Assembly (NCBI RefSeq): GCF_009914755.1
Contig: NC_060926.1
DNA: 64,000 bases
Strand: one strand, 5' to 3'
Source: the human T2T-CHM13v2.0 reference genome, Homo sapiens
Within the stretch, counting starts at the first letter, position 1. Each line of letters opens with the position of its first letter. The translations under genes were made by a program, and so were the position numbers. Under the pieces are notes generated by a model. The model did no database searches, was not told where the DNA came from, and worked only from the letters and a program-made list of their open reading frames with translations. Positions 45,101-61,553 of the stretch are shown one piece after another.

Positions 45101-45618
45101 GTGACAGTGTGATGCTTGTTGAGCAGTGGGCCAGGCCCAGCCTGGGATAGGGTCCCAGTGTTGTGATGGAGGGGAGGCTGGTGTCCAGGACGCCAGGGGC
45201 ACCCAGTGCTCCTTTGGGTGCTGGCTTCACGCGTGGAAGTCGCGCAAGAGTCACGGAGGTAAATTCAAGTTGAGTCATTTGCAGGATGTGCAGAGCGGGG
45301 TGGGCCCTCCAAACTTGGCAACCTTGGAGGAAATGGTTTTATATTTTTTGACTCTCATGTAACCTAGACACTCAGCTGGGACTCTATTTCCTATTTCAAG
45401 ACTTTTCCAAACAGTTGTGTTTCCAAAGACCTTCCTAAACACACAGCCAGGGGAAGGAACAGGACCTGCTGCTCCAATTCCCTCGGCTCCCAACGCCCCT
45501 CAAGTGTTTGCACAGGAAAATGGTAGCGTAGGACACCAGGCGGGCAGGAAGCCGCAGGAATCTCAGAAGCTGCTTTCTGGATTTGACCTCAGGCAATTAA
45601 AAAATAGCAAAATAGATG
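45101..45618 (+). pseudogene. Candidate relic exon (1->1, with frameshift and stops): ...GPPNLATLEEMVLYFLTLM*PRHSAGTLFPISRLFQTVVFPKTFL...LLSGFDLRQLKNSKID
   Basis: 45285-45618 is in one frame with a single TAA at 45360; G|gtgagt donor; 5' boundary uncertain (45092, 45101 or 45285). Confidence 0.5.
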
Positions 45619-45875
45619 GTGAGTGAAGAGGGTTTATGAGCTGCAGACCCGCAAGGCTCTTGCAGGCACCGAAAGACACAACGGAGAGTCTGCCTGTGCG
45701 CACGCAGGCCTAGCAACCAGCATTTGCTCATTGTGCATTCCTGCACTCTCGGGGAACTTAGGGAGCCTCCCGTGGGGCAGGCAGAGGCTGGGAACTAGAG
45801 CAGGAAGGCCCGCGGGTCCATCCCATGGTCTCACTCCCTTTCCTCTTGTCCCCTTCCCCTTGGGGCATTCCCAAG

Positions 45876-46033
45876 GCTGCAGATACCGCTTACCGAGCGG
45901 GGCCCTGGCGGGGAGGGATGCGGGCCACAGCCAGATGGGACATCTGGTTGCTCTCTCCCGAAACACCCAACTCATTTCCTTCACCCTGTGTGGCTGCAAG
46001 GGCCAGCTGGCCTCCCTCCGGGGGTCCCTCAGC
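45876..46033 (+). pseudogene. Candidate relic exon (1->0): CRYRLPSGALAGRDAGHSQMGHLVALSRNTQLISFTLCGCKGQLASLRGSLS
   Basis: Pyrimidine tract + ttcccaag| acceptor, open, AGC|gtaagc donor. Confidence 0.45.
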
Positions 46034-46114
46034 GTAAGCCGGTGGGGAGCTCCGAGGCTTGGTTTCTTCTGTCTCAGCAGACCATTTGCCTTGGTGCCTT
46101 ATATTGTGTCTTTT

Positions 46115-46410
46115 TTTTTTTAATGGATTTTAATTTTTCCAACAGTTTTGGATTTACAGAAAAATTGAGAAGATAGTACAGGGAGTTCCCATAAACCCCA
46201 CATCCAGGTTCCTCCATTATTAACATGGGGCATGAGTCCGGCCCATTTGTTCCGATGAATGGACTGACAGTCATTCTTCAGGTCCACTGTTGGCTCAGAT
46301 CTCCTCAGTTTTCACCTTAAGTCCTTTTCTGTTCCAGGATCCCCTGCAGAAAGCCACAGGCCATTTAGTCATGGCCTCTTTAGGCCCCTCTGGCTAGGAC
46401 AGTTCCTTGG
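46115..46410 (-). mobile_element. L1MC/MD 3' fragment
   Basis: cagttttggatttacagaaaaattgagaagatagtacagggagttccc. Confidence 0.75.
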
Positions 46411-46799
46411 GCTTTTTTTTTTTTTTTGTCTCCCTCTTTAGACTGGGAGCTCCTTAAGAGCAAAGGTAAAGCTCGCCCCCGCGAGTCCCCCCATGGTGCC
46501 TGACGTCACGCTCTGCCCATCCCAGGCCTCCATGGGTGATGAGAGGCCTGAGTTGAGGCACCAGCCCCAAATGTGTGCGATCACGCCATTGAGCAGGGAG
46601 AGATGGGGCTGGGGGGAATTTCACTTGCTTTTGTTACATTTCTGTAACATTTATGTCTTTAAAAATAATCAGCATACGTTTCTCTTCCAATTAGGAAAAC
46701 TGCAGCAAATCAAGCCGGGAGCTGGGGCCTGGGCAGTTCATGATCTGGCTGGGTTCCCCGCTCAGGCAGTTCACGCGCACAGACCGCCCCCTGGAAGAA

Positions 46800-47115
46800 C
46801 TGCGGCTGGAATGAGCAATTCTCCTGAGAAAGCAAAGACACGGACTCACAAGGGAGTTCTGGGCAGAAACGGAGACGGAGATTGGAGTGAAGCGTCCACA
46901 AGCCAAGGAGTGCCAAGGAGTGCCAAAGATTGCCAGCAACCCCCAGACGCTGGAGGAGGCCGGGAAGGAGCCTCCCCAGGAGCCTTTGGAGGGAGCAGGG
47001 CCCTGCTGACACCTCGATGTCAGACACCTGGCCTCCAGGACGGTGAGAGCGGGTTCTGTTGTTGCGAGCCACCCAGCTCTTGGCACTTGGTTACGCGGGT
47101 CACAGGACACCAGTA
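46800..47115 (+). mobile_element. MLT1C-like LTR fragment
   Basis: acaagccaaggagtgccaa...gggagcagggccctgctgacacctcgat. Confidence 0.75.
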
Positions 47116-47280
47116 GAGCCATATCTACTCATTCATTTCAGAAACGTTGTGCCAGTACGTACCAGGCACTTTCAAAGACACCGGGGATACGGAAATAAAG
47201 AATAAATGGGATCCTTGCTCTCAGTGGAGTTTCCATTCTAGTAGAGGAAGATGAGCAAAAATAAATAAATGATAACTTCT

Positions 47281-47636
<356 letters not shown>

Positions 47637-49488
47637 TCAGAGAGGGTGTGGGTTCCCTTAGGCTGCCCTTGCCAGGCACTACAAGGTGGGTGGCTGAAAA
47701 GGAAGCACCACCAGGCGGCGACTGGGTTCGGCCCATGGGCCATTGTTTGCCGCCCTGCTCTGTATAACAGGTGCCTCTCCTGGGGGCACACAACGGGCCA
47801 TGCTGATCTCCCTGTTTTGTAGGGGGAAAGTGAGGCAGGAGGTTGCCTGACTGGTCCCTGAGCAACCATGGGCGTGGACACAGGCACGTCTCTCCAGAGT
47901 TCTTTCTGGTTGGAGGTGGCTTGTCTTGGTCCATGGACCTGCAGGGCCTGACTTCTGATGGGAAGGAAACTCGTAGCCACTCTGCTGGGGGACAGGGTCT
48001 CTGGGCAGAGCGCCAGTGTCTTCTCACCTGTCCCAGAGCCCTGGCCCACAGCCTCCTCCCACCCTACCTGGCTCTGTCCTCCGCTGCACCCAGGCTGCAT
48101 TTCCAGGAAATGCCTCTCGTTTCCCCACACAGGGAAGGAAGCAGGAGGCCCTGAGCCGGGATCAGCCTCCAGCTCAGCTCCCAGGAAAATGGGTGCACCT
48201 CGCCTCACCCCTACCCTTGGGCCCACCCTGGCTGAGGCTCAGATCACCACATGCGCAGCTCTCCTTGGTCCCATGCCGACTGGAGGCCAGAATTCGGGCT
48301 GTTTTGAGCTAATACAGATGAGTTTCTTCCCCTCTCTCATGCCCTTCTCCATTCATTCACTTATTCATTAAGCCTGTATTTAGTAAGCACCTGCTGTGCA
48401 CAGCGCTGTGCTGGGCGGCAGGTGCCTTGATGACGAGGCCTTGCCATGGAGTGTCCACCTCGTGGCCGCCAGGCCCTCCAGGGCACAAGTGTCTTCACAA
48501 GACTTAGGCTTTGAAGGAAAATGAGTCCAGTTTGGCGGGACTGTGGGAAAGAGGGGTGCTCCACTCCACGTCCAAGCTGGACAGGAAGACCCCACCCTCC
48601 CCAGGAAAACCAGGCAACGGGAGGCTCACCTGACTCCACCTTCACAGTGTGAGGAAACTGAGGCAGGGGCTGAGCGGCAGCTTCCGAGACCCTCCAGCCC
48701 CTGGTCCTGCCTTGGCTGCGACTGGGCCTGTGGCACAGCAGGGACACCACAGCCCAATCGTGAGCAGGAACATGGGGATATGTGACCCCCTCAAAGCCCC
48801 TCTTAGCAGAGGTGGGGCTCTCAGACCTGAGCAAGATTCTGCTCATGTGGCCCCACACAGACAAGGGGTCCTGCTTCCTGCACTCCAGGAGGTGTGTGAG
48901 GTGCCTGTGGTGGGTCCAGCCCTGAGAAGAAGCAACGGCGGAGTGACAGGGTCTTTCCTGTCCAATCAGGACCATGGAGCTAGAGCAGCACCTGAGGAGC
49001 TTTGTGTCCTCATCCAGGGCCACAGTCCCCATTGCCCCATTCATTCAGTTGCTGCTGCCTGCCAGAGACTCACATGGAGCCTCTGAACATGGCGTGCCCC
49101 ACGTCCCACTGACAGCGCTGTGTGTGCTCCTGTTTGTGGAAACCAGGGCAAGGAGGGTGAGTGACTTGTCCACTGTCATGCAGCTGCTGCGCGGTGGGGC
49201 TGGGATTGCACCCAGGGACTGACCCAAGCCCCTGCCCAGCCCCAGGACCCCAGATTCTGGGCTGGCCCCTGTGCCTGAGTTTTAGGACCCCCACCACCGC
49301 CCCAGCATTGCCACGCTGTCTGCGTTTCTAGGCTGAATTTTGTTCTCATGGAGGGAGGGACCGTCCTACCTCTTATGCACCCACACCCCCATCCTGCTGC
49401 CCGGGACAGTGCCAGGCTGCCGGGGGCATTTGATGAGATGTGACGTGTAAAGAATCTGATGGTGCCTGGTACAGAGTCGTTCCTGCAG

Positions 49489-49661
49489 GATGCTCAGCCT
49501 CACCCCTCCCCGCCCATCCCGCCAACATCTCTGGCCCAGTGCAGACCCAGCATAACCATAGATGTGGGTATGGCAGGAGCATTATTCTGGTGGGTCCTGC
49601 CCACAGGACAGTCCTCTATCCGCATGACAAGATGCCACCACAGTGGCCTCTACAACGTACA
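49489..49661 (+). pseudogene. Candidate relic exon (0->2): DAQPHP...PSITIDVGMAGALFWWVLPTGQSSIRMTRCHHSGLYNV
   Basis: gtcgttcctgcag| acceptor, open, CA|gtaagc donor. Confidence 0.45.
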
Positions 49662-50158
49662 GTAAGCACTCACTGTATGTACAGCAGGAGTAACCGTGCT
49701 CTTTGCCATGGCAGAAGGTGGCAGTCGCAGCAGTGTTGGCTGTCATGGCTGCTGGTGAGGCGCTGCGCCTCTGTTACAATGGGAACCAGCAAAATGAAAT
49801 TTACTTATTGTTGCAAGATAATAGCCAAGCCTTTTAAACATATGCTTTTCAAACAAACTCATCGCCATGGTAACCCTCTTAAAACAAGATGCAACCTGGC
49901 TTAAAGACCCTGAGAGCTAATTCTAGTAGTGCTTTGTATTTAGTTACGCCTTTCTTCTGAATTTAATGGACTTCACTCACTAGGCTCCACTAACATCCTC
50001 TGAAGTCTTAGGGGACAGATACTATTAAACCCATTTTACAGATGTAGACACCAAGGCACGGACGGGTTAAGTGACTTGGCCACTAACTGAAATCTTCGCC
50101 ATGAGCAAGTCCGGACCAGACCCAGGTCTTGTTTCCTTCTGTTGTCTTCACTCATCAG

Positions 50159-50284
50159 ACCGTCCTGGACTTTGAAAGCCCATCATCATGAAAGGCTTAG
50201 AGTTTCCCACAGCTTGGCCTGGGGAGCCCAGATGCTGCTGCCATTTGCGTGCAGGGAAGGCTGCTGGGCCAGGAGGCTGCAGAG
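50159..50284 (+). pseudogene. Candidate relic exon (phase-2 start): PSWTLKAHHHERLRVSHSLAWGAQMLLPFACREGCWARRLQ
   Basis: Very strong polypyrimidine acceptor ...tcttcactcatcag|; only the phase-2 frame is open, matching the previous exon; putative donor AG|gcgagc (GC-type or decayed GT). Confidence 0.4.
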
Positions 50285-50527
50285 GCGAGCAAAGGGCAAG
50301 GAGGAAGTTGTGGCTGAGGTTCCCGGGATGAAAAGATCCCCACGGAGAGCTCCATGGGCTGGGACAGCAATGCAAGGACCCAAGTGCCCCACAACTCACT
50401 CTGGTACAGCTGACACCAAGCCACACCCGCCGGATTACAGGGGAATCTTTTACTCCCTGCCAGCCCCAGGGGCCAATGGCGTCTTCCTTGAGCATCCGGG
50501 CAAAGCCCTGCCTCGGGCCTTTGCACC

Positions 50528-50670
50528 AGCCAGTGGTTCTCAGGTGGGGCCCCAGGCCAGCTGCAGCAGCAGCATCTGTGATGTTGGAAATGCAGGTTTT
50601 CTGCCCCCACCTCAGACCCACTGAATTAGAAACTCCACCTTACATGCCCTCCAGGGGCTTCTGATGCACC
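50528..50670. mobile_element. MER5A (hAT-Charlie MITE)
   Basis: cagtggttctca...cagcagcatc...aaatgcag...cagacccactgaattagaaactc. Confidence 0.75.
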
Positions 50671-50674
50671 CTGG

Positions 50675-51400
50675 AGATCTCTGCCTAGAATGTTCCTCCC
50701 GGATACCCTGGCCAACTGCCTCCCCTCCTTCCAGGCTTTGCTCACTTCTCACCTTCTCGGAGAGGCCTCTTCTGAGCCAGCCGATTTCTTGCATTCTCAG
50801 CCCTGCCCTCCCAGCTCTCCTGCCTGCCCAGTGGCTCGTGTGGCCTGCATTGTGTCTACTGGATGCATCGTCTGTCTCCCCCGTGAAACATAAACTCAAG
50901 TAAACGGCTCTTTTTGCTGAGTCAACTGCAGAGTGCTCGATAAGTAGTGCTTGCAGGAACTGTGACTTCTGGCTCAGGTTGATAGACGGGCGAATGAGGA
51001 GTAGCAGCAAGTGTTCGGGTGGGTGGGATGGGGTGGATGAGTTTTGCTTTGAGCATGTGGAACTCAAGGTGCCAGCGGCCACCCAGATGAAAGGCCCAGA
51101 GGCTATCTGGGAGGCAGCTCTGGGACACTGAAGAGAGGTGACACTATGGAAGGAAGAGTGACAGGCTTAAAGAAGACATCCTGGAGCATGTTAACACCTG
51201 CGTGGGTGAGGATGAGGAGTCGGCAGAGACCAAGGAGGCCGAGGACAAGAGGGAAATGGAGGCCGTGTCGAAGCTCCCAGGGAGGCTAGCAAGGCTGGAG
51301 ATCAGGAGATGAGCTTCCTCTCCCACGAGCTTGAGTGGTGAGTGGAGGGGACTGGAGGTGGGTCCCAGCAAGGAAAGGGGTGATGTGCAGAGGGAAATGG
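50675..51400. mobile_element. L2 fragments
   Basis: ctctgcctagaatgttcctcccc..., gagttttgctttgagcatgtggaact motifs. Confidence 0.55.
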
Positions 51401-51752
51401 GGACAGAGAAGGGAGCGCCAGGAGAAATCAGAGCAGTTCTGCAGAACCCTGGAAGGCAGACCTAGCAAGGGCAGGAGGAAGCTAGGGAAAGGGCGGGGAG
51501 GGAGGTTTTGATTCTCCAAATCTCAACTCACAATGAGATCATCTGAAATGGGAGAGAAGGCAACTCGGGAAATCCAATCAGGTAGGCGTCTCAGCCAGTT
51601 CAACTAGAAGATCCCTCAAATCCTGAGAGGCTGAGATTCGTGATTTTGTCCTACATTGGAAAGAAACCTAAGGCTACCAGAAAAATATAGTTGGCCTCCC
51701 TCCACCCTACCGCTTTGAAGTTCCATCTGGGTTTACAGAATAGTCACAAACA

Positions 51753-51952
51753 GGGTCTGCAACTGACAACAGTGAGAGAATAATAACTTCCTCGTGCATT
51801 AAGATGTGCATCTGGGACTCCCATTGGGCAGGATGCCCAGGGAGTGGGGAGGGTTCCACCCCCTGCAGGGAGCTGCACACCCGGAGCCCGCACCAGCATG
51901 GTGACCTGTGTCCCTCCTGACACTCCTGCCTCAGGCCGTCCTATCTCCAAGG
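51753..51952 (+). pseudogene. Weak candidate relic exon
   Basis: AGG|gtaagg donor; the phase-1 frame has one TGA; acceptor poor. Confidence 0.2.
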
Positions 51953-52633
51953 GTAAGGACTGACATTTTCTTAGAAGTTTCCATTCACCCAGTATGTGCT
52001 CATGGGGAACAACAGATGTTTTGAGTAGGAGGCAGCATGCTGGCCAAAATAGTTCTTTCAAATATTAACTGTCAGATTTGTTATTGCATTAATTTTGGAA
52101 AATGTACACGTTAATAAAAAAAAATTGTAAGATAAAAATTTTCAGGACTGAAAATTTCCCCACGTTCAAAGAGATGTGTAATGTCCTAAATCAAGCTACT
52201 ATAATTATAAATGGTTAATATAAGGAAACTCCAAATAAAGGCAATTACACTATTTCCCAAGGGGAAGAAAAAAAATTATGCCAACTTGTATATATAAACT
52301 TTTTAGGGATGTCAAAGAAATAAGCAAATATTTACTCACGGTATTTATTTATACATACACTTTAAAAATCACGTATTCTAACACTTTGCTGTTTCCTTCC
52401 AAAGTTTTGAATAGAATTCAGTTGCTCCAAGACACACATTCATTTACATGTGGGTTTTTTTTCTTTACTAAAATACATTTACTTTTAGTATTCTCAAGTG
52501 CAAAAGAGAGTTGAATCTTCTATTGCATATGAAATGGAGACTAGTCTTCCACAAAGAGTAAAATGAAGTTTTGTAATGGCCATCATCTGTAATTGCTTAC
52601 AATGACAGCATAAACTCTAGGATTTTGTTTTAA

Positions 52634-53014
<381 letters not shown>

Positions 53015-53572
53015 CCTGGATAGGTTTTTAACACATTGAAAGTTTTCCTTAGAAAGAACCACAAAATCTTTTAAATTTTCCTAAAAAACCCTATAACTAT
53101 TCCATAAAATATATTTTGTACTTAATTTATGCTGAAAATAGAGCTTTGAAAAAAATAATTAAAAACTCATCTCGTGTCTTCAGTCAAAAAAAATTCTCAT
53201 AAAACTCCAGCAAAACGTTTCATTACACAATTTATCACATTACAATAGGAAGAATTACACATTTGGGGGACACATTTCAGTATGGGCTTTGTCAACATAC
53301 TCCTGCAAGAATGCCATCAGTTGATTAGGGTAGTAGGCAGTGATTCTCAACTCGGGGTTGGAGCCCTCATTAGTGGGTGGTGGAACCATAGTAATGGGTG
53401 TGAACTTTTTTGGGGGGAGGTGTAAAGGAACTAGAGCAGGACTGGATAGAAAAATAACAGCGTCCTTTGTATGATGCAAGATAACAATTTTCTAATACCT
53501 TTGATGTACGTGTATTCTGCACCATGATGTCAAATGGATTTCTTACTGTGGGACAAAGTAAAAAAAACATTG

Positions 53573-54453
<881 letters not shown>

Positions 54454-54756
54454 CTAGGATGGTCACAGGGAGGTAATTCCCCCAGCATGGAGGGTCTGAG
54501 TCAAGGGTAAGCTCTGTGCAAGGTGTATGGCGGGGCGGGAGAAGGTTACCTTGCCCATAACCTTGCTGCTTACTCCGGTGAGAAAAGAGAAGCAATCAGA
54601 AGAGCATGTCCACCTGCTCCCCTCACTGCCTCTGCCTACCCACCCGCCTACCTATCTACATTTGCCAAGTACTCCGCCAGCCCTCTCCCTATGATCTGCC
54701 GTGTTTCTGTAGGCCTGAGCTCTACATATGCACTACATCCCATTCCCTTTGGCTAG

Positions 54757-55345
54757 CCGTAGTTTAAAAGTATGTCCACAAATTCCTTCTGAAGTTGCCA
54801 AATCTAACAAATAAAAATACAGGTCATACATTAACTTTGAGTTTCAGATAAAGTCATTATTTAGTGTAAGAATTCCCTATGCAATATTTGGAATACACCT
54901 ATACTAATAAGCCTTTGTTTATCTTTATTTGGATGTCTGGCCACCCTACTTTGTACTTAGTGACTCCCTTCTAACAAATCAGAGTAAGGGATGACATGCA
55001 ACTTCTAATACTAGGTCACAAAAGACACTGTGGTTCCCATCTTAGTCTCTTGCTCTCTTGGATGGCTTGCTCTGGGGGAAGTCAGCCATGCTGTGAGGAC
55101 ATTCAAGCAGCCCTGTGGAGAGGCCATGTGGCAAGGAACAATGGCCGCCTGCCAAAAGCCATGTGTGGAAGCTTGGAAGAGGGTTCTTCTAGCCCCGGAC
55201 AAGCTTTTAGATGACTGTACCCTCAGGAGGAACTTGGACAGAATCACCCTGCTAAGCTGGATTCCTGATCGACTGAAACTGTGAGCTAACTTGCTTTTAA
55301 TTTTTAAACCTCTAAGTAGTGGGTAGTTTGTTATGCAGCGACAGA
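54757..55345 (+). mobile_element. MLT1F-like LTR interrupted by MER53
   Basis: ctctgggggaagtcagccatgctgtgaggac...ccctgtggagaggccatgtggcaaggaac. Confidence 0.75.
54790..54948. mobile_element. MER53 (palindromic hAT MITE)
   Basis: gttgccaaatctaacaaataaaaatacagg...atgcaatatttgg...tctggccacccta. Confidence 0.8.
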
Positions 55346-55399
55346 GCACCACCACACGGACTTCCTGACATCACTCCAGGAGCTGCCCTCTGTCTGGCA

Positions 55400-56400
55400 T
55401 CATCGCTTTCAGTCTTTCCTGATCATTCCCAGGGGCACACAGACAGGCTATAATATCTACCCTCTTAAAGAAAGCTCTCTCTTGATCTCAGATGTCCTAT
55501 TTTCTGTTCCCCTGTATCAGCTGTTGTGCATAATCGCTATTTCTGATTCCTTTTCCCCATTCTCTCCTCAACTATTCCAATTAGGCTTTTCAGCATTCCC
55601 AGCCCCTCTCAAACAGCTGCAGTCAAAACATTTAATACCCCTCTTGTATTAAAGCCAGAGTTCAATCTTCAGGCTTCATCAAACTTGACCTAATTATTCA
55701 TCTAATAAATATTGATAAGTAGCTACGAGGTGCCAGACATTGTTCTAGATGCTGGATACACAGCAATGAGCAAAACGCATCCAAACCCACATCCCTACCC
55801 TTACTAGGCTGCTATGGAAGGGAGTGGGGCTGGCGAATCAACCATAAACAAGTAAGCCACTATGAAGATTTATGAATGAAACAATAGGACGTCTGGGGAT
55901 CAAATATTTCAAAATAATGGGACAATGGGTAGAAGTGAGGATGAAACAGGGTCAGCTACTGTTGACTACTGAAGCAGGTGCTGGGAATATGGAAGCACAT
56001 TAAATTTGTCTCTACTTTGGTATATGTTAGACATTGTCCATAGTAGTCTTTTTAAAAAGCACATTGCATATCATCTCATCTGCAATCCAGGAGATGGGGT
56101 GTGACAATCTAAATAGCGTGGTCATGACCTCATGGGGTGGGTGAGAGAGTGACAGGAGATGGCTGGGGAAGAGCATTCCATGCAGAGGGAATCACAACTA
56201 CAAAGGCCTTGGCTTAAGAGAATGCCTGAGTGTTCTAGAAATGACAGGGAGGCCAGCATGCAGAGGACGAGCGGACGGAGGGGAGAGCACTGGACAGGCC
56301 AGCCGGGGCCACGTGGTGCCTTGTGGGCTGCTATGGGGACATGGACTGTTACTCTGAGTAAGAACATGAACCACAGGGTGTTTCAAAAAGAGAAAAATGA
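55400..56400. mobile_element. L2 fragments
   Basis: gtgccagacattgttctagatgctggatacacagcaatgagcaaaac and gaagagcattcca...caaaggcct motifs. Confidence 0.65.
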
Positions 56401-56424
56401 AAAGCATTCAATCTAAAATAAGTC

Positions 56425-56928
<504 letters not shown>

Positions 56929-57218
56929 TCACCCACCCACGATGCTATGGCGCTTCCCAAGTGATCTCCTGCTTCTGCCCCAGCCCCACGCACCCCACCC
57001 TCTCCTGTAGCTGAAGAATAACACGGGGTTATTCGTAAGAGATGGGAAATCCATAGAAATGTCCCAGGAACTTTAATAATTTCAATTGTTGTACCATAAA
57101 TGGTACTTAAGAGAATGTTATGAAAATTGTTTTTGTTACTTTATAACAAAAATGTTATAAAGTATTTGTTTCTGCTCTTCTGACAAATGAATAAAAAAGA
57201 TGCTAAAACTCTATTCTA

Positions 57219-58579
<1,361 letters not shown>

Positions 58580-60639
58580 AGTAATTCTTTTTCAATGAAA
58601 CTTTGTGTTCAAGGATAACAAGCACAGAGAAAGAGACATGAGTCGTGAGCAGCCCAGGAGTGATCAAAGTGCGCCCGTGGGAAAAGCCACCACCAGGTGA
58701 GGGAACAAGACCAAACAGGATCCCCCATCACGTCCCTCCCAGCCATGTTCCCCCCTCTCTCCAAAGCCACCATTATCCTAACTGCTGAGCACAAACTTGG
58801 AAACAAATAAACAAACTTGGGCCTTAGGTCTGGGGTGTCAGAGGCTGAGGGGATCTGGAGCAGGGGAAGGGGAGAAATGGCAGCCCAGGAACCCCCAGCT
58901 CAGTCCCGCTGTAAAAGCCATGCCCTCGGGGCCCCATCTGTGAGGAAATGCTTCTCGCACTGGCTCATGAACACCCCCAGCTGTGCGTGCCTGGGACAGA
59001 GACCCATGGGAAATGGCCATTTCCTAGGACTAGTGAGTAGTATATCACACACACGGAAAAATTATGGAGTAGAGTATGAAAGCTGAATAAAACTTGGAAA
59101 CAGGAAACTTCGAAGACATGAAGGATTAGAGCAGGCACGCTGGGAATCAGCCCTGAAGAGGCAGGCCTGCGTTAAGGGCTGAATCGGTAGGAAAACTGGG
59201 GCAATGAGGGACGGGTCAGGCCTAGGAGGAGTACCCATATAGCTGTCGTCAGCGGACACTCCTTCTGTGTCCCTCAGACTCAGGGCAGTCCCTCCGCCTG
59301 CCCTTCAGCAACTCTCCAGAACAAAAGCCGAGGTCACCTCCCCTGCTCTTGAAAACCCTCAATGGTCAAGAAGCTTTGTCAAATCCTCATGAGCCTTGCA
59401 CAGTGCCAGGTGCTGTACCTAATGTAAGTGCCTCATTTTACTCTAATAAAAACTAAGTATTAGGCTGATCTACAGGAGGAAATGAGATTCACAGAGATTA
59501 AGGCAACAGTCAAAAGACACAGAACTAGTAGGCAACAGACCTGGAATTCGACCCTGTGTCAGGGTGGTTCCAAATGCAAGCTCTTTCTACTAAACTGCCA
59601 GCCTCCCAGGTGCCCAGAAGTGATCCTGGCCCTCCTCCTCTACCCTGATGTCCTGACCTCCTGGTGTGCTGACAGTGCTGGGTGAACAGAGAGCACCGCT
59701 GCCTGTGGAATCTGGCCCTGCGGAATACCGGCTCCCCACAGAACCAGGAGGCCCTTCAAGAAGGAAGGAAAAGAGGGGCCTGGGAAAGCCAGGAGTAGAC
59801 GTGACAGACCCTGACGTCAGGAAACAGGCCAAGGGCATAAACACCCAACCCCTGGGGACATTCCAGCCAGCAAAATGTCCCTCTCTAAATTTTTAAAACC
59901 CCCCATCCCTGAGGGAGGCAGCGTAGAAACAGAGAAGAGAAGGCAACAGGAAGCTGCAGCCACTTCCTTTGAGAAGAGGTGGACAGTGAGCAAGAGTTTA
60001 GGGGGAAAGAAGCTGAAAAAGGACAGTACCGGTCCAGGGGTTGGAACAGCTGGAGGACTCCCTGGTACCACAGCACAAATGGGGCTGGGTGCCCCAGGAA
60101 CAAGAACATACACACATACCCCACCTTCCACACACCTTTTTTCTGTAAACAGACCTCATTTCTCGGACCACAGAAGTGGACACATGGCTGAGCTGTTCCC
60201 TGCCTTGGGAACAAGCCAATCTGCACAGAAGCAGAAGCAGCACAGAGAGCAGAGGCAGGGGGACGGGAAACACATAGGGAAAAGACAGCAGGGGAGGCCT
60301 GAAGAGAGAAGGAACAATGGTGAGACAGGAGGAGGAAGGGAGGGAGTAGGGGAAGGAGAGAGAGAGAAAGAGGGAAACAGAGATAGAGTGCGCATGTGCT
60401 AGCTGACTGACCGTGGAGCCATGGATCTAGGTGTTCCTGAGGCCAGTTCCATGTCCCAAGCATGGTGATGTAAATTAATGCATTCTGCCTCTCGGCTTAT
60501 GCTATTCGAAATTAGGCTGTATCATTCACAGTCCAAAGAGTTACTATTTCAGTTGTATATAAAGAACCTTAAAAATCTATAAAGGCACCTCCAAAATCAC
60601 ATCAAAGCTGGAAAAACTAAGGAAACCAAAGTTGGTTCT

Positions 60640-60775
60640 CTTCTTTCTTTTTTTGAGACGCAGGTCTTGCTCTGTCGTCCAGGCTGGCCTCGACTTCTCA
60701 GGCTCAAGCAACCCACCTCAGCCTCAGTAGCTGGGACTACAAGTGCACACCACCGTTTGACTAATGAAAAAAAAA
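60640..60775 (-). mobile_element. Internally deleted Alu right-arm fragment
   Basis: ttttgagacgcaggtcttgctctgtc...gtagctgggactaca. Confidence 0.8.
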
Positions 60776-60820
60776 TTTTCTTGGAGTCTTTCTCAAAGAA
60801 GCTATTCAAATGAAAGTATA

Positions 60821-60826
60821 TTTATT
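60821..60826 (-). terminator. NOL10: Polyadenylation signal AATAAA of NOL10
   Basis: TTTATT on + strand; a U-rich element follows on the minus strand. Confidence 0.75.
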
Positions 60827-60952
60827 TTTATAAATGTTTCCTCCAGTAAGTTTATGTTTGACTGTACTTAAGAAACAGGAAAAAAAAAAAACCTGTAATT
60901 AAACTTGTGCCAAGATTAACCAACAGCCTCTACTGCTTGTTTCCCATTATTA

Positions 60953-61553
60953 CAGGTTGGGTATCCCTTATCTGAAATGCTTGGGACCAGAAGTCTTTTA
61001 GACTTTGGTTTTTTTGTGTGTTTTGGAATATCTGTATTATATTTACTAGTCAAGTATCCCAAATCTGAAAATCCAAAACCTGAAAAGCTCTAATGAGCAT
61101 TTTCCTCCAATGTCATGTCAGTGCTTGATATGGTTTTGCTCTGTGTCCCCACACAAATCTCATGTCAAATTGTAATCTTCGGTGTTGGAGGAGGGGCCTG
61201 GAGGGAGGTGACTGAAACATGGGGGCAGACTTCCCCCTTGCTATTCTGTGTTAGTGAGTTCTTGGAGATCTGGTGTTTGAAAGTGTGCAGCATCTGCCCC
61301 TTTGCCCTCCTCCTCTGGCTCTAGCCACGCAGGACATACCTGCTTCCGCTTCACCTTCTGCCACGATTGTAAGCTTCCCAGGGCCTCCACAGCCATGCTT
61401 CCTGTACCACCTGTAGAACTGTGAGTCAATTAAACCTCTTTTCTTTACTTATAAATTACCCAGTTTCAGGTAGTTCTTTATAGCAGTGCAAGAACAGATA
61501 AATACAGTGCTCAAACAGTTTTAGATTTTCGGATTTGGGATGCTCTCAACCTG
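60953..61553. mobile_element. Tigger4a/MER46-like MITE in the NOL10 3'UTR
   Basis: TA|CAGGTTGGGTATCCC ... GGGATGCTCTCAACCTG terminal inverted repeats. Confidence 0.85.
61126..61506 (+). mobile_element. MSTA solo LTR nested in Tigger4a
   Basis: TGATATGG...AATACA termini with 5-bp TSD GTGCT (61121-61125, 61507-61511). Confidence 0.92.

Noticed and set aside
47822-47972. Apparent acceptor and exon for the relic gene
   Set aside because: The acceptor coincides with a MIR-core-like motif, and the phase-compatible frame has two stops.
48860-49090. Possible additional relic exon
   Set aside because: Frame ambiguous, no clear donor, and the phase chain closes without it.
49600-49661. Resemblance of IRMTRCHHSGLYNV to recalled GREB1-family motif PTTGRHEHGLFNLY (plus weak matches at 23380 and 24490)
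   Set aside because: Short matches from memory. The GREB1 motifs that should follow were not found, and the other exons do not match, so I did not assign the relic to GREB1. An HMM search would settle it.
59875-60463. 175-aa and 192-aa opposing ORFs
   Set aside because: Purine-rich low-complexity sequence, no splice structure and no recognisable protein.
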